Below, one piece after another: positions 8,491-18,930 of a stretch of DNA of 47,868 nt (position 1 is its first letter; each line of letters starts with the position of its first letter). The translations under genes and the position numbers were made by a program. The stretch is from a virus. Its lineage: Duplodnaviria > Caudoviricetes. The stretch is from positions 1 to 47,868 of the IMG/VR virus record IMGVR_UViG_3300032314_000223; one strand, written 5' to 3'. A model generated the notes under the pieces. That model was not told the origin of the DNA, made no database searches, and saw only the letters and a list, made by a program, of their open reading frames with translations.

Positions 8491-10725
8491 ATGCAACTTC
8501 AGCGAAAATTTATTGCAGCCAATGCTGTAGATCAAACAAAAATTAGATTGTCCAATAATGCTTATCTTAAAGCTAGAAATGCTGCAGATTCTGCTGACAT
8601 CAATATGCTTAAAGTTAATGCTTCCGATAGAATTGAATTTTCGTCAATTCCACAAGTAACTTCAGACCCATCTTCTGGAAATGACTTAGTTCGTAAATCA
8701 TACTTAGATGCAGTTCAACAAGGTCTTAAGCCTAAACAAGCGGTTAGAGCTGCTACTACTGCAAATATTGTAATTGCAACTGCTTTAAATTCTGGCGACG
8801 TAATTGATGGCGTAACTCTTTCTAACGGTGACAGAGTTCTCGTTAAAAATCAAAGTGCTTCTGAAGAAAACGGTATTTATATTGTTGGCGCTTCTCCGGC
8901 TAGATCATCAGACTTTGACTCTCTTTCTCCAATCGATGAAATAAATGGGGCATATACTTTTGTTCAAGAAGGTTCTGCTAACCAAGGTAAAGCTTTTGTT
9001 CAATCTGGAACTGTTGCAACATTAGATACTGATCCTATATCTTTCGTATTCTTTAACTCTGCCGGAACTTTAGTTGGCGGAGATGGTATTACAATTTCTG
9101 GAGCAGATGTATCAGTAGATCACGATGGTCAAGGTTTACAATTTTCAAGTAATCAATTAGCTTTAGAATTAGATGGTTCAACTTTATCTAAATCAGCTTC
9201 TGGTTTAAAAGTTGCTTCTCTAGGAATTACTGCTTCTGAATTAGCGTCAAATGCAGTTACAACTGCTAAAATTAACAACGATGCAGTAGATAAAGATAAA
9301 ATTGCTGCAGATGTTGCTGGTAACGGTTTAGGACAAAATGTTGATGGATCTTTAGAAGTTAACGTAGATGGTTCTACTTTAGAAATTAACTCAGATTCTT
9401 TAAGAGTTAAAGACTTAGGTATTAGTTCTTCAAAATTAGCAGCTGATTCAGTAATTACTTCTAAGATATTAGATTCAAACGTAACTGCTAATAAGTTAGC
9501 TTCTGATTCAGTTACTACTGTTAAAATATTAAATGCTAACGTAACTACTGCAAAACTTGCTGATGACTCCGTAGATAAAGATAAAATTAATGCTAACGTA
9601 GCTGGAAACGGATTAGGTCAGAACGTAGATGGCTCATTAGAAGTAAATGTAGACGGGTCTACTTTAGAAATTAACGCAGATTCTCTTAGAGTAAAAGATT
9701 TAGGAATTACAAACGCTAAAGTTGCTACAGGAATCGATGCTGCTAAATTAGCAGACGGATCTGTAAGTAACGCAGAGTTTCAATATATTAACTCTCTTAC
9801 TTCAAACGCTCAAACTCAATTAAACAATAAACTTGAAACTGACTTAAGTAACATTGGTGCAAGCATCCTTGGTGTTCCAAATGGTGGTACAGGATCTTCT
9901 TCTTTAGCAGCTAACAATGTACTTTTAGGAAATGGAACTTCTGCTCTTCAAGTTGTTGCTCCAGGAACTTCTGGAAACATATTAACTTCTAATGGTACTA
10001 CATGGACTTCTGCTGCTCCAGCTGTTGCATATACTGATGAAATGGCTCAAGATGCTGTTGGCGGAATTTTGACAGATTCGTCAACAATTGATTTCACATA
10101 TAACGATGCCGGTAATACAATTACTGCAATAGTAATTGATTCAAGTATTAGTGCTGCAAAATTAGCTTCTGATTCAGTTACAACTGTTAAAATTCTAGAT
10201 GCTAACGTAACTGCAGCAAAACTTGCTTCAGACTCAGTAATAACTGCTAAAATTCTTGACTCTAACGTAACTGCTGCAAAATTAGCTTCTGATTCAGTAA
10301 CAACAGTTAAGATACTTGATGCTAACGTAACAAATGCTAAAATAGCTACTGGTATTGATTCAGCAAAACTTGCCGATGGTTCAGTAAGTAATGCGGAATT
10401 TCAATACATTAATTCATTAAGCTCAAATGCTCAAGATCAATTAAATGCAAGATTAAGATTTGCTCCTGCAGAACTTTTGACATTAGATGGAACTGATATT
10501 ACAAATCAATATAAAGATCTTTCTTTTGTTGCAGCTTCTTCTGACAGTATTTCATTGACTCCGGTTGGTGGAATTATGCAAGAAAGAGGTGTAGACTATT
10601 CTGTATCACTTACTGGTGGAGCTGGTGGAGTTACAAGAATTACATTTTTAGGAGATTTAGCGTCAGGTGGAGCAGCAGAACTAATTTCTGGTGATAAATT
10701 AATGGTACAATACGCAAGACTTTAA
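8491..10725 (+). CDS. long fibre protein with 10-aa (D.VT.AKI) and ~80-aa repeats
   Basis: KQAVRAATTANI...IDGVTL..GDRVLVKNQ..ENGIY domain common in phage fibres; SVTT.KILD.NVT.AKLA repeats; duplicated VAGNGLGQNVDGSLEVNVDGSTLEIN. Confidence 0.75.
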   Translation: MQLQRKFIAANAVDQTKIRLSNNAYLKARNAADSADINMLKVNASDRIEFSSIPQVTSDPSSGNDLVRKSYLDAVQQGLKPKQAVRAATTANIVIATALNSGDVIDGVTLSNGDRVLVKNQSASEENGIYIVGASPARSSDFDSLSPIDEINGAYTFVQEGSANQGKAFVQSGTVATLDTDPISFVFFNSAGTLVGGDGITISGADVSVDHDGQGLQFSSNQLALELDGSTLSKSASGLKVASLGITASELASNAVTTAKINNDAVDKDKIAADVAGNGLGQNVDGSLEVNVDGSTLEINSDSLRVKDLGISSSKLAADSVITSKILDSNVTANKLASDSVTTVKILNANVTTAKLADDSVDKDKINANVAGNGLGQNVDGSLEVNVDGSTLEINADSLRVKDLGITNAKVATGIDAAKLADGSVSNAEFQYINSLTSNAQTQLNNKLETDLSNIGASILGVPNGGTGSSSLAANNVLLGNGTSALQVVAPGTSGNILTSNGTTWTSAAPAVAYTDEMAQDAVGGILTDSSTIDFTYNDAGNTITAIVIDSSISAAKLASDSVTTVKILDANVTAAKLASDSVITAKILDSNVTAAKLASDSVTTVKILDANVTNAKIATGIDSAKLADGSVSNAEFQYINSLSSNAQDQLNARLRFAPAELLTLDGTDITNQYKDLSFVAASSDSISLTPVGGIMQERGVDYSVSLTGGAGGVTRITFLGDLASGGAAELISGDKLMVQYARL
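9230..10450 (+). repeat. nested coding repeats in fibre gene
   Basis: Many 30-bp-period units; ATGID.AKLADGSVSNAEFQYINSL.SNAQ.QLN occurs twice. Confidence 0.85.
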
Positions 10726-10739
10726 TAGTATAAAGTAGT

Positions 10740-10771
10740 GAGAGGGGACTTAACCGTTCCCTCTTTTGTTT
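10740..10771 (+). terminator. rho-independent terminator
   Basis: GAGAGGGGAC-TTAACC-GTTCCCTCTT then TTGTTT. Confidence 0.75.
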
Positions 10772-10808
10772 CTCTTACCGGCTTAGCCGATGTTAAAACG
10801 AGAAAATA

Positions 10809-11327
10809 ATGAGTAGAATTAAACAAAAATTTATAAGATTTGGTACAGGAACTGACGATGTAAATGCTCGTCTTATTCCTGCTAATTATACAGCAACAAA
10901 CTATACTCCTTCTCAAGTTGCTTCCGAAGGAGCTGATAAAGTATCTGCCTATCTTAAAGGAATTGATAACGCAATTGGTTCAATTGGATCAACTCCTGGA
11001 GATATAGGACTTACATCATTTAGTTTAGCTAACAATCAAGCTTCTGCTGCCAATGTAACAGGATTTGCATTCGCCAATGGAACGGTAAGAGCTTTTACCG
11101 CACTAGCTTCTGTAGCAATAGATGCAGCTTCTGACCTATATTGCGAATATCAAATTCAAGGAATACAAAAAGGTGCAGATTGGGAAATTAGCGTAGAATC
11201 AACTGGAGATGATGATCTTGTTGACTTTACCATAACGTCGGCTGGACAGATCCAGTACACGAGTGGAAACTATAGTTCTTTTGTCTCAGGATACATTAAG
11301 TTTCGAGCACAAGTAACTAGCATTTAA
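10809..11327 (+). CDS. virion structural protein (paralog of 2315..2779)
   Basis: Shared C-terminal beta domain; N-terminus MSRIKQKFI resembles MQLQRKFI and MAKISKRF of the fibre genes. Confidence 0.55.
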   Translation: MSRIKQKFIRFGTGTDDVNARLIPANYTATNYTPSQVASEGADKVSAYLKGIDNAIGSIGSTPGDIGLTSFSLANNQASAANVTGFAFANGTVRAFTALASVAIDAASDLYCEYQIQGIQKGADWEISVESTGDDDLVDFTITSAGQIQYTSGNYSSFVSGYIKFRAQVTSI

Positions 11328-11350
11328 TAATATAACAGGATGTTATTTTA

Positions 11351-12349
11351 ATGGCAAAAAAACCTAACAACAACAGAATAGAGGATGTTGAACAGCTAAC
11401 CCAATTAGATTTTGGGGGAGTAATTAAAGATGTGCACTCTTATCCAGGGCACTATTTAAGAACTCGAGATGCATTAACTGTTGTTAAAAATCATTATGAT
11501 TATTTAACAGCAACTTATAATGTAGCAAATGATCCTACACAAGTAAAGTATTATGTAGGTATTAATCCTCATGAAACTAAAGTATCTCTTCTTTCTGATG
11601 TTTCAGGAAGTTTAAATAGTAAATACTTTTTTATTTTTGAAGGAAGAAGTGGTAGAAAATTCCACGTTTGGTATAACGTAAATGGAGCCGGAGTAGATCC
11701 TTCCCCATCTAATAGTACCGGAATACAGGTAAACTTAAATACAAATGATCCTGGCGCAATCGTAAGTTATGCAACAGAATTAGCATTAAATTCTATATCA
11801 TTTAGTGAATATTTTACTGCAAAACGAAATGGTACTTTATTAAATATTGAGGCCAATAAATTTGGTACAACAATAGATTCATTAGATGTAAGTACTGGAT
11901 TTACAATATTAAATCAACAAGGTACTAGTCAGCTAATGCAAGTTGTTGACATAGAGTATTCCGGAGCTGATCCGCTATTTGACGGACAAGTACTAAAAGG
12001 GTACTACTACGATATATATAGTGGAGCTTATAAAAAAGCTGTAGATATTCCAGATTCGACCGCTGACAACGCTACTGCGGTTACTACAGCAAATATTACA
12101 GTAGCTCTGGCAAACACCGAATACTCATACACGTTCCCAACTGGAACAAAGACATTTTTACTTAGAGATAGAGACTCAGACTCAAAGCTTAGAATATCAT
12201 ATACATTAGGCGGAACAGCGACGAGTTGGTTTACTAACTATCCTGGAAACATATATCCAGCAAAAAATTTAAATACAGTAAGCGGATTTACTATATACTT
12301 TCGATCAAATAAAGCTAATCGAATAATTGAGATAGAAAGCTGGCAATAA
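11351..12349 (+). CDS. structural protein carrying a domain also found twice in the nozzle
   Basis: KYFFIF....RKFHVWYNVNGAGVDP....GIQVNL resembles nozzle SYILIN....RKYYIWFNKGSGVDP....GIMVNL. Confidence 0.6.
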   Translation: MAKKPNNNRIEDVEQLTQLDFGGVIKDVHSYPGHYLRTRDALTVVKNHYDYLTATYNVANDPTQVKYYVGINPHETKVSLLSDVSGSLNSKYFFIFEGRSGRKFHVWYNVNGAGVDPSPSNSTGIQVNLNTNDPGAIVSYATELALNSISFSEYFTAKRNGTLLNIEANKFGTTIDSLDVSTGFTILNQQGTSQLMQVVDIEYSGADPLFDGQVLKGYYYDIYSGAYKKAVDIPDSTADNATAVTTANITVALANTEYSYTFPTGTKTFLLRDRDSDSKLRISYTLGGTATSWFTNYPGNIYPAKNLNTVSGFTIYFRSNKANRIIEIESWQ

Positions 12350-12356
12350 CAACTAT
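12347..12356 (+). promoter_or_regulatory. TAACAACTAT motif, candidate late promoter
   Basis: Overlaps the stop of 11351..12349; ends 4 nt before the ATG at 12361. Confidence 0.55.
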
Positions 12357-12360
12357 ATCT

Positions 12361-13035
12361 ATGAATAAACTATTTAGTATATATTCTATTAAAAATGTTA
12401 TTACTAACCATATCTATATAGGACAAACTAACGATATTAGTAAGAGATTTTCGGCACATAGAAGAGAATTAATAAGAAATGTGCATACAAATATCCAAAT
12501 GCAGAATTCTTTTAACAAGTATGGTATGGATAACTTTATTTTTGAAATCATAGAAACTGACATTATTTGTCCCTTAGTTATTGATTTTAAAGAGAGATTT
12601 TATATAAAGCTATATAAGTCAATGAATAAGGAATTTGGATTTAATAGAGAATCGGGTGGAAATAAGAATAAAACAGTATGTAAAGAAGTTAGACAAAGAA
12701 AGTCAGAAAACATGAAGGGTAGCAAGCATTTTCTTTTTGGCGTAAAGGGGTCTAATCATCCTAGAACTGGAAAAAAACATACAGAAGAATGGAAAAAAAG
12801 ATTTAGTGAAATAAGAATGGGACATAAGCATTCAGAGGCGACTAAAAGACTTATAACTAAAAGTAGAATTGGACACTTAAATCCCGCATCGAGAAAGGTT
12901 ATAAACACCGTTACGGGTGAAATATTTTTAACACTAAACGATGCTGCTAAATCTATTAATATGAATGTCAATACTTTAGGTGGAAAATTAAGAAAAAGTA
13001 AAAATAATACAAATTTAAAATTTATAATAAACTAA
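12361..13035 (+). CDS. GIY-YIG homing endonuclease (NUMOD3), free-standing
   Basis: SIYSIKNVITNHIYIGQT, KRF..H...L....H.N, GFN, GKKHTEE/GHKHSEATK, C-terminal TGEIF.TL.DAAK. Confidence 0.92.
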   Translation: MNKLFSIYSIKNVITNHIYIGQTNDISKRFSAHRRELIRNVHTNIQMQNSFNKYGMDNFIFEIIETDIICPLVIDFKERFYIKLYKSMNKEFGFNRESGGNKNKTVCKEVRQRKSENMKGSKHFLFGVKGSNHPRTGKKHTEEWKKRFSEIRMGHKHSEATKRLITKSRIGHLNPASRKVINTVTGEIFLTLNDAAKSINMNVNTLGGKLRKSKNNTNLKFIIN

Positions 13036-13071
13036 TGCACAACGTATTAGTATATAGGAGAGGGGAATAAA

Positions 13072-14061
13072 ATGAAAGATAAATTGGGCTTTGACACCAC
13101 GGATGCTAACACCATTCTTGACAGTGACAGCGTTGGGGCATTTGTACGTGCCGGAGACGATGGTACGCTTATTGGACACGTTAGTGATGCATTAAAGGTA
13201 AACTTTAGCAACACTACAATTGCCGTAACTGCTACTGATTTAGACATTAGAAATCTAACATTTGCAACGGATTCAGTAGATGTATCAAACTCTACTAACG
13301 TAGCAGTTGTTGATGGCGGAGGAAGTTTAACTGTAGATGCTGTTAATTTAGATATTAGAGATTTAGCATTTGCAACTGATAAAGTAGACGTATCAGGATC
13401 ATCTGTATCTATTAGTGGTGACGTAAACGTAACTCAAGGAACTTCTCCATGGGTTGTATCTGCAACTGATTTTGATATTAGAGATTTATCTCATTCTCAA
13501 GATTCTATTAAAATTGGCGATGGAACAGACTTTTTAGCAATCAACGCTGATGGTAGTATTAACGTTAATGCGGATATTTCAGTAGTTAACGGTTCTGATA
13601 AAGCTGAAGATGCTGCTCATGCTTCTGGAGACATTGGTACTTATATTTTAGGGGTAAGACAAGATACATTAGCTTCTAGTACAAGTGCTGATGGCGATTA
13701 CGGATCTTTAAAATTATCTGCTGCTGGTGCATTATATGTTAATTTAGCAGAATCTTCTGCATCTATTACAGTAAGTGATGCTGCTTTAGCTAATAGCTCA
13801 GTATTATCAGCTTCTATTACTTTAGGGGCTGCAGATACTGCTCAATTAGCCGCTTCTCCACTATCTGGCAGAAAATACTTAAGTATCTACAATAATGATA
13901 ATAGAAAGATTTTTATTGGTGGATCGGGAGTAACTGCAAATAATGGATTTCCAATTTCTCCAGGATCTTATATGGATCTTAGAGCTGGGGATTCTGCTGC
14001 TGTATATTTTGTTGGTTCTTCTGGAGTTCAACCAAATATCAGAAATTTACAATTAGCATAA
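13072..14061 (+). CDS. spike/fibre-like structural protein with LDIRDL repeats
   Basis: Three (A/T).DLDIR.L....D.V repeats; AEDAAHASGD motif; C-terminal RKYLSIYN..IFIG...V...NGFPI domain. Confidence 0.6.
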   Translation: MKDKLGFDTTDANTILDSDSVGAFVRAGDDGTLIGHVSDALKVNFSNTTIAVTATDLDIRNLTFATDSVDVSNSTNVAVVDGGGSLTVDAVNLDIRDLAFATDKVDVSGSSVSISGDVNVTQGTSPWVVSATDFDIRDLSHSQDSIKIGDGTDFLAINADGSINVNADISVVNGSDKAEDAAHASGDIGTYILGVRQDTLASSTSADGDYGSLKLSAAGALYVNLAESSASITVSDAALANSSVLSASITLGAADTAQLAASPLSGRKYLSIYNNDNRKIFIGGSGVTANNGFPISPGSYMDLRAGDSAAVYFVGSSGVQPNIRNLQLA

Positions 14062-14074
14062 TTTATTGTATAAT

Positions 14075-14106
14075 TGGGGGGGAGAGATAAGTCTCTCCCT
14101 CATTTC
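14075..14106 (+). terminator. GC-rich hairpin (weak terminator or processing site)
   Basis: GGGAGAGA-TAAG-TCTCTCCC stem with a poor U tail. Confidence 0.5.
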
Positions 14107-14119
14107 ACATAAGGATTAT

Positions 14120-14341
14120 ATGAAAAACAACTTTACGGAAGATGATAAGAAAAAAGTAATAGATTTTTTAAATTGTGTTGCTAAAAATGCTAAGTTTGAA
14201 CTCAATGTTCCTGAAATTATTGAATTTTTTAAACTATTATCATTCATGCAACAAAGTCTTATTCCTAAAATAGATGCTAATATATTAGAAGTTTTGCGAG
14301 TAGTAGAAGCTGCTAAAGAATCTAAGGAAGAGAGTAAATAA
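14120..14341 (+). CDS. hypothetical helical protein (73 aa)
   Basis: SD AAGGA before ATG 14120; TAATG coupling to the next gene. Confidence 0.65.
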   Translation: MKNNFTEDDKKKVIDFLNCVAKNAKFELNVPEIIEFFKLLSFMQQSLIPKIDANILEVLRVVEAAKESKEESK

Positions 14342-14649
14342 TGACCTTCCAACTATTAGATGGTCCAGCAGCACAAGATAGAGTAGCAGTTACTACTGGA
14401 ACCGTAAAAGAATTAAAAGTTGGAGCTTCAGCTTTAACTGAGCGTCAAGTTATAACAATACAGCCTATTGATGGAAATATTTGGGTTTATTTTGGAGATG
14501 GGACAACTCCTTCTGCAGCAACTGTCTCGACAAAGGGATTTAAACATGTTAAACTTGCTAAAGAATCTTATGAAGCCGGAGAAAGACAGCAAGTTTTTAT
14601 AGTATCCGAATCTGGAACAGTTAACGTAACTTTTACTGAGAGAGCATAA
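14341..14649 (+). CDS. small beta-sandwich structural protein, similar to the C-terminus of 13072..14061
   Basis: ASALTERQVITIQ..IWVYFG...V...GF versus ASPLSGRKYLSIY..IFIG...V...GF. Confidence 0.55.
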   Translation: MTFQLLDGPAAQDRVAVTTGTVKELKVGASALTERQVITIQPIDGNIWVYFGDGTTPSAATVSTKGFKHVKLAKESYEAGERQQVFIVSESGTVNVTFTERA

Positions 14650-15119
14650 TGAGTCTCAGAGATTTTTTTATTCAAGTAGCACAGTCGGTATGGTTTGATA
14701 ATTCTACTAATGGATTTACATCAGACAACGTACAATCAGCAATTGAAGAAATTGGAGCATCAGCATCCCCAGGATTTACATGGGGAAGATCTGGAAATAC
14801 TTCATCAGGAACTTGGTTATTAAATGAATCAGTTCCTAGTAATAAAGCAGGAAGAACTATAGTGTTAGGAGCATCAAAGGTTGTAAAACTTTTTAGTGCG
14901 AGTGAAGATTTAGATACATATACTTTAAAATTATATTGGCATGAAGGAAATTCTGTAAATTTAACATTTCTCACAACTTTAACAGTCACGGCATCTAGGA
15001 CTGGAAATAGTGGAACTATATCAGTTTCAGTTCCTAATAATAAACAACTAGCTTTATATCTTGATACAGGATCTGCAAAAAACATTGTAGCAGGTATTGT
15101 AATGCAAGGAGATATATAG
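14649..15119 (+). CDS. structural protein with NVQ.AIEE module
   Basis: AQSVWFDNSTNGFTSDNVQSAIEEI followed by a beta domain; TAATG coupling. Confidence 0.55.
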   Translation: MSLRDFFIQVAQSVWFDNSTNGFTSDNVQSAIEEIGASASPGFTWGRSGNTSSGTWLLNESVPSNKAGRTIVLGASKVVKLFSASEDLDTYTLKLYWHEGNSVNLTFLTTLTVTASRTGNSGTISVSVPNNKQLALYLDTGSAKNIVAGIVMQGDI

Positions 15120-15493
15120 TGTTAAAAATATTAAAAAATATAACAGCATCAAATATTGAAATAAATGATACAGGGAAAAGAATTTCAATAGGAGAATCTT
15201 ATATAATACCTCCTCAAGATTTTCAATTATGGATGGCATCTCAAGATATTGTAACTGAAATAATTGATGATACTATAATAGTAAATGATGGAGAAGATGA
15301 TTTATTAAATAAAAGAGTAGCAATCGCTCTAATACAAGATAATCAAGTTGTATTAAATGAATACTATACATTAGTTCAAGAAGATGATATACTTATCGGA
15401 AATGGTCAAATATTATATTTAAATGATGATTTTGATACTTCTGGAAATGTTCCTCCATATTTATATGAAGAAGAAATAATAGAAGACGATTAA
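15119..15493 (+). CDS. acidic hypothetical structural protein (GTG start)
   Basis: TAGTG stop/start overlap with SD GGAG upstream. Confidence 0.55.
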   Translation: MLKILKNITASNIEINDTGKRISIGESYIIPPQDFQLWMASQDIVTEIIDDTIIVNDGEDDLLNKRVAIALIQDNQVVLNEYYTLVQEDDILIGNGQILYLNDDFDTSGNVPPYLYEEEIIEDD

Positions 15494-15507
15494 TAAAAGG
15501 AATTGTT

Positions 15508-18500
15508 ATGAGTAAACATATATATAAAAAAGCAGGACCACCAACCTTTGCCCCTCCTCAAATAGGTCACCATTATATAAATATAACAAATGGAGATCAA
15601 TATTTAAGTAGTGGTACTTCATCTCCCTCTGATTGGACTATAGTTTCTCAATCTGTAGATGATAAAGTAAAAATTAGCTCCAATGACACTACTTCTGGAT
15701 ATTTAAATGGAAAATTAGTTGCTGGAACTGGAATTTCTTTTACAGAAAATAACGATGGAGCTAATGAAACACTAACAATTGCAAGTACTATTACTAGTGA
15801 AGATATCCAAGATGCAATTGGATCAGCTTTAACAGACTCTTCTTCTATTGATTTTACATATAATGATCCAGGAAATACATTTACAGCAGTTGTATTACCT
15901 GCTGGAGTAGACCATAATTCTTTGCAAAATTTTGTAGCTAATAAACACATAGATCATACTAGTGTTTCATTAATAAATGGTACTGGTATTTCTGCAACTG
16001 GCTTAGGAGATTTAACCGCGAGCAGAACTATTAATTTAGCTAACACTACAGTTACTTCAGGTTCTTACGGATCAGCTACACAAGTACCTTCTTATACGGT
16101 AAATGCACAAGGACAACTTACTGCAGCTGCCAATATTTCCATATCAGTTCCATCAACTGCTGTATCGGATTTTACTGAAGCAGTTCAAGATGTTATGGGC
16201 GGCGCTTTAGTAGATTCTGCTTCCGTAGACTTTCAATATAATGATATAGCTAATACTCAATCTGCGGTAGTTCTTCCTGGAGGAGTTAATCATAATGCTT
16301 TATTAAACTATGTTGCTAATGAACATATAAATCATAGCTCAGTTAGTATATCCGCAGGAACTGGATTAAGTGGTGGTGGAGATATAACTACATCTAGAAC
16401 TTTAAATATAGCAGCTACTGGAGTTACTGCAGCAACTTATGGTTCTACCACACAAGTTCCTGTGATAGCAGTAAATGCTCAAGGACAAGCAACTTCAGTA
16501 TCAAATACAACAATTGCAATACCTTCAACTCAAATAACAGATTTTAATGAAGCTACAGATGATAGAGTTGCTGCTTTATTGCAAGCAGGAACAGGAGTTA
16601 CTGTAACATATAACGATCCTGCAAATACTCTGACTATAGCAACAACAATTACACAATATACGGATGAACAAGCCCAAGATGCAATTGGATCGGCTTGGGT
16701 TGATACGGCATCTATTGATTATACATATAATGATGTTGCAAATACAATGTCTGCAGCAGTTTTACCTGCAGGTGTAAATCATAATGCTTTACAAAATTAT
16801 GTAGCTAATGAACATATTAATCATAGTTCAGTATCATTAAATGCTGGAACAGGAATCTCTTCTACTGGATTAGGCGATTTAACTGCTAGTAGAACAATTA
16901 ATCTAGCAAACACTACAGTAACTGCTGGAGCTTACGGTTCAGCTTCTCAAATTCCAACATATACAGTAGATGCACAAGGTAGATTAACTGCTGCAGCAAA
17001 CGTAGCCGTATCTATTCCTTCTACTTCAATATCTGATTTTACTGAAGCTGTTCAAGATGTTATGGGTGGAGCATTGACTGATTCATCCTCAGTTGATTTT
17101 CAATATAATGATGTAGCAAATACTCAAACAGCAGTTGTTTTACCAGCCGGGGTTAATCATAATGCTTTATTAAACTACGTAGCTAACGAACATATAAATC
17201 ATACAAGTGTTTCATTAATAAATGGTACTGGTATTTCCGCTACAGGCCTTGGTGATTTGACGGCATCTAGAACTATTAATTTAGCTAACACTACAGTTAC
17301 TGCCGGATCGTATGGATCAGCTACGGCTATACCAACTTTTACAGTTAATGCTCAAGGTCAATTAACCGCAGCAGCTACTTCCACAACCCTTACTCCAGCG
17401 GCGATTGGTGCTCAACCATTAGACGGCGATTTAACTGCATTAGCAGGATTAGCAGGAACTGGTGTAGTTGTTAGAACTGCTACTGATACAATGACTACTA
17501 GAACTATTACAGCAAGCACTGGGATTACAGTTTCAAATGGAGATGGAGTTTCTGGAAATCCTACAGTATCAATAACTAACGTAGGGACAGCAGGAACATA
17601 TGGATCTGCAACACAAGTTCCCGTTTTTACAACTAATGCACAAGGACAAGTTACTGCTGTAACAAATACATCTATAGCACTTACATCAAGTAATATATCA
17701 GACTTTACTGAAGCAGCACAAGATGCAATTGGTGGAGCATGGGTAGATACTGCTTCAATTGATTTTACTTATAATGATGCCGGTAACTCTATGTCAGCAG
17801 CAGTACTACCAGGCGGAGTAAATCATAACTTATTATTAAATTATGTAGCTAATGAGCATATTAATCACTCATCAGTTTCTGTAAATGCCGGAACAGGTTT
17901 AACTGGAGGCGGAGATTTAACTGCAACTAGAACGATCTCTATGCCAAACGTTGGAACTGCTGGTACTTATGGTTCAGCTTCTTTAATTCCAGTTATTACT
18001 ACAGATGCGCAAGGAAGAGTTACCGCAGTAAGTACTGCGACTAATCCATCCTCTCCATGGGTCGCTGGTGGGGGATATCTTACTTGGTCAAATGAAACTG
18101 GCGATAATTTATTAATACGACAAGCTGGTAATATTGGCGAATCAGCTTTTATAGAGCAAGTAACCTCTAGGGGAACGATTGCATCTCCAACCGCAGTTCA
18201 ATCGGGAGATAGAATTGGTGGTAATGCTTATTCTGGTTGGAACTCAAGTGGACAAGACACTGCTTATATTTCATTAGAAGGATACGCTACACAAAACCAT
18301 ACTCCAACTGCGCAAGGTTCTGAACTTAGAATATATACTACAGCAAATGGAGCAAATACAAATTCTTTAGTTGCTACAGTACAGAATACTGGTAATTGGG
18401 ATATTACTTCAAAAAGAATTACAAATGCTGCTAATCCAATAAATGCACAAGATTATGCAACAAAAGCATATGTTGATAACAATGGTTGGACGGAACTAGT

Positions 18501-18930
18501 ACAAACTACTCAGTTAACTAACTCATCAAACGTAACGCTTACTAATATAGCAGATTTATCATTTTCTGTCGTTACTGGTAGAAGATATAGAATTGAAGCA
18601 ATGATTTTATATAGATCGGCAGCAACTACTACAGGATTAGCTTTATCTTTAGGAAACACTTCTGCTGTTGGTACTTTATCTGCTACTGCTACTATGACAA
18701 TAACTGCAGATAGTACTACATCTTTATATAGCGGATCTATTACTTCTTTTGGAGATACAGTCGTATCTACTGCAGTTCCTGCAACAGGAGTAGATTATAT
18801 AGCTTCTATTCAAGGTATATTTGTATGTACTACAGGTGGTTCAATAGTTCCACAATTTAGATCAGAAGTAAATGGATCTCAAGTTACAGTACAAATTGGT
18901 AGTAATATTTTAGTAAGAGAATGGTTATAA
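15508..18930 (+). CDS. long repeat fibre protein
   Basis: Five ~125-aa units (QD..G....D..S.DF.YND..NT..A.VLP.GV.HN.L.N.VAN.HI.H) with YGSAT..P..TVNAQG..T segments; C-terminal beta head. Confidence 0.75.
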   Translation: MSKHIYKKAGPPTFAPPQIGHHYINITNGDQYLSSGTSSPSDWTIVSQSVDDKVKISSNDTTSGYLNGKLVAGTGISFTENNDGANETLTIASTITSEDIQDAIGSALTDSSSIDFTYNDPGNTFTAVVLPAGVDHNSLQNFVANKHIDHTSVSLINGTGISATGLGDLTASRTINLANTTVTSGSYGSATQVPSYTVNAQGQLTAAANISISVPSTAVSDFTEAVQDVMGGALVDSASVDFQYNDIANTQSAVVLPGGVNHNALLNYVANEHINHSSVSISAGTGLSGGGDITTSRTLNIAATGVTAATYGSTTQVPVIAVNAQGQATSVSNTTIAIPSTQITDFNEATDDRVAALLQAGTGVTVTYNDPANTLTIATTITQYTDEQAQDAIGSAWVDTASIDYTYNDVANTMSAAVLPAGVNHNALQNYVANEHINHSSVSLNAGTGISSTGLGDLTASRTINLANTTVTAGAYGSASQIPTYTVDAQGRLTAAANVAVSIPSTSISDFTEAVQDVMGGALTDSSSVDFQYNDVANTQTAVVLPAGVNHNALLNYVANEHINHTSVSLINGTGISATGLGDLTASRTINLANTTVTAGSYGSATAIPTFTVNAQGQLTAAATSTTLTPAAIGAQPLDGDLTALAGLAGTGVVVRTATDTMTTRTITASTGITVSNGDGVSGNPTVSITNVGTAGTYGSATQVPVFTTNAQGQVTAVTNTSIALTSSNISDFTEAAQDAIGGAWVDTASIDFTYNDAGNSMSAAVLPGGVNHNLLLNYVANEHINHSSVSVNAGTGLTGGGDLTATRTISMPNVGTAGTYGSASLIPVITTDAQGRVTAVSTATNPSSPWVAGGGYLTWSNETGDNLLIRQAGNIGESAFIEQVTSRGTIASPTAVQSGDRIGGNAYSGWNSSGQDTAYISLEGYATQNHTPTAQGSELRIYTTANGANTNSLVATVQNTGNWDITSKRITNAANPINAQDYATKAYVDNNGWTELVQTTQLTNSSNVTLTNIADLSFSVVTGRRYRIEAMILYRSAATTTGLALSLGNTSAVGTLSATATMTITADSTTSLYSGSITSFGDTVVSTAVPATGVDYIASIQGIFVCTTGGSIVPQFRSEVNGSQVTVQIGSNILVREWL
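15796..18040 (+). repeat. degenerate tandem coding repeats
   Basis: Unit repeated about 5 times; long DNA matches such as agtgtttcattaataaatggtactggtatttc at 15961 and ~17206. Confidence 0.85.

Noticed and set aside
7849-13071. Group I introns around the GIY-YIG genes
   Set aside because: Flanks are 1-36 nt, and neighbouring genes have their own stops and starts
14066-14119. Longer TTG starts given in the ORF track (14066, 26522, 44054) and GTG 43252
   Set aside because: Downstream ATGs have better SD spacing or stop/start coupling
2789-18930. Diversity-generating retroelement or invertible fibre cassette
   Set aside because: No reverse transcriptase or invertase in the window; repeats are in-frame, same-orientation and differ mainly at synonymous positions rather than only at adenines
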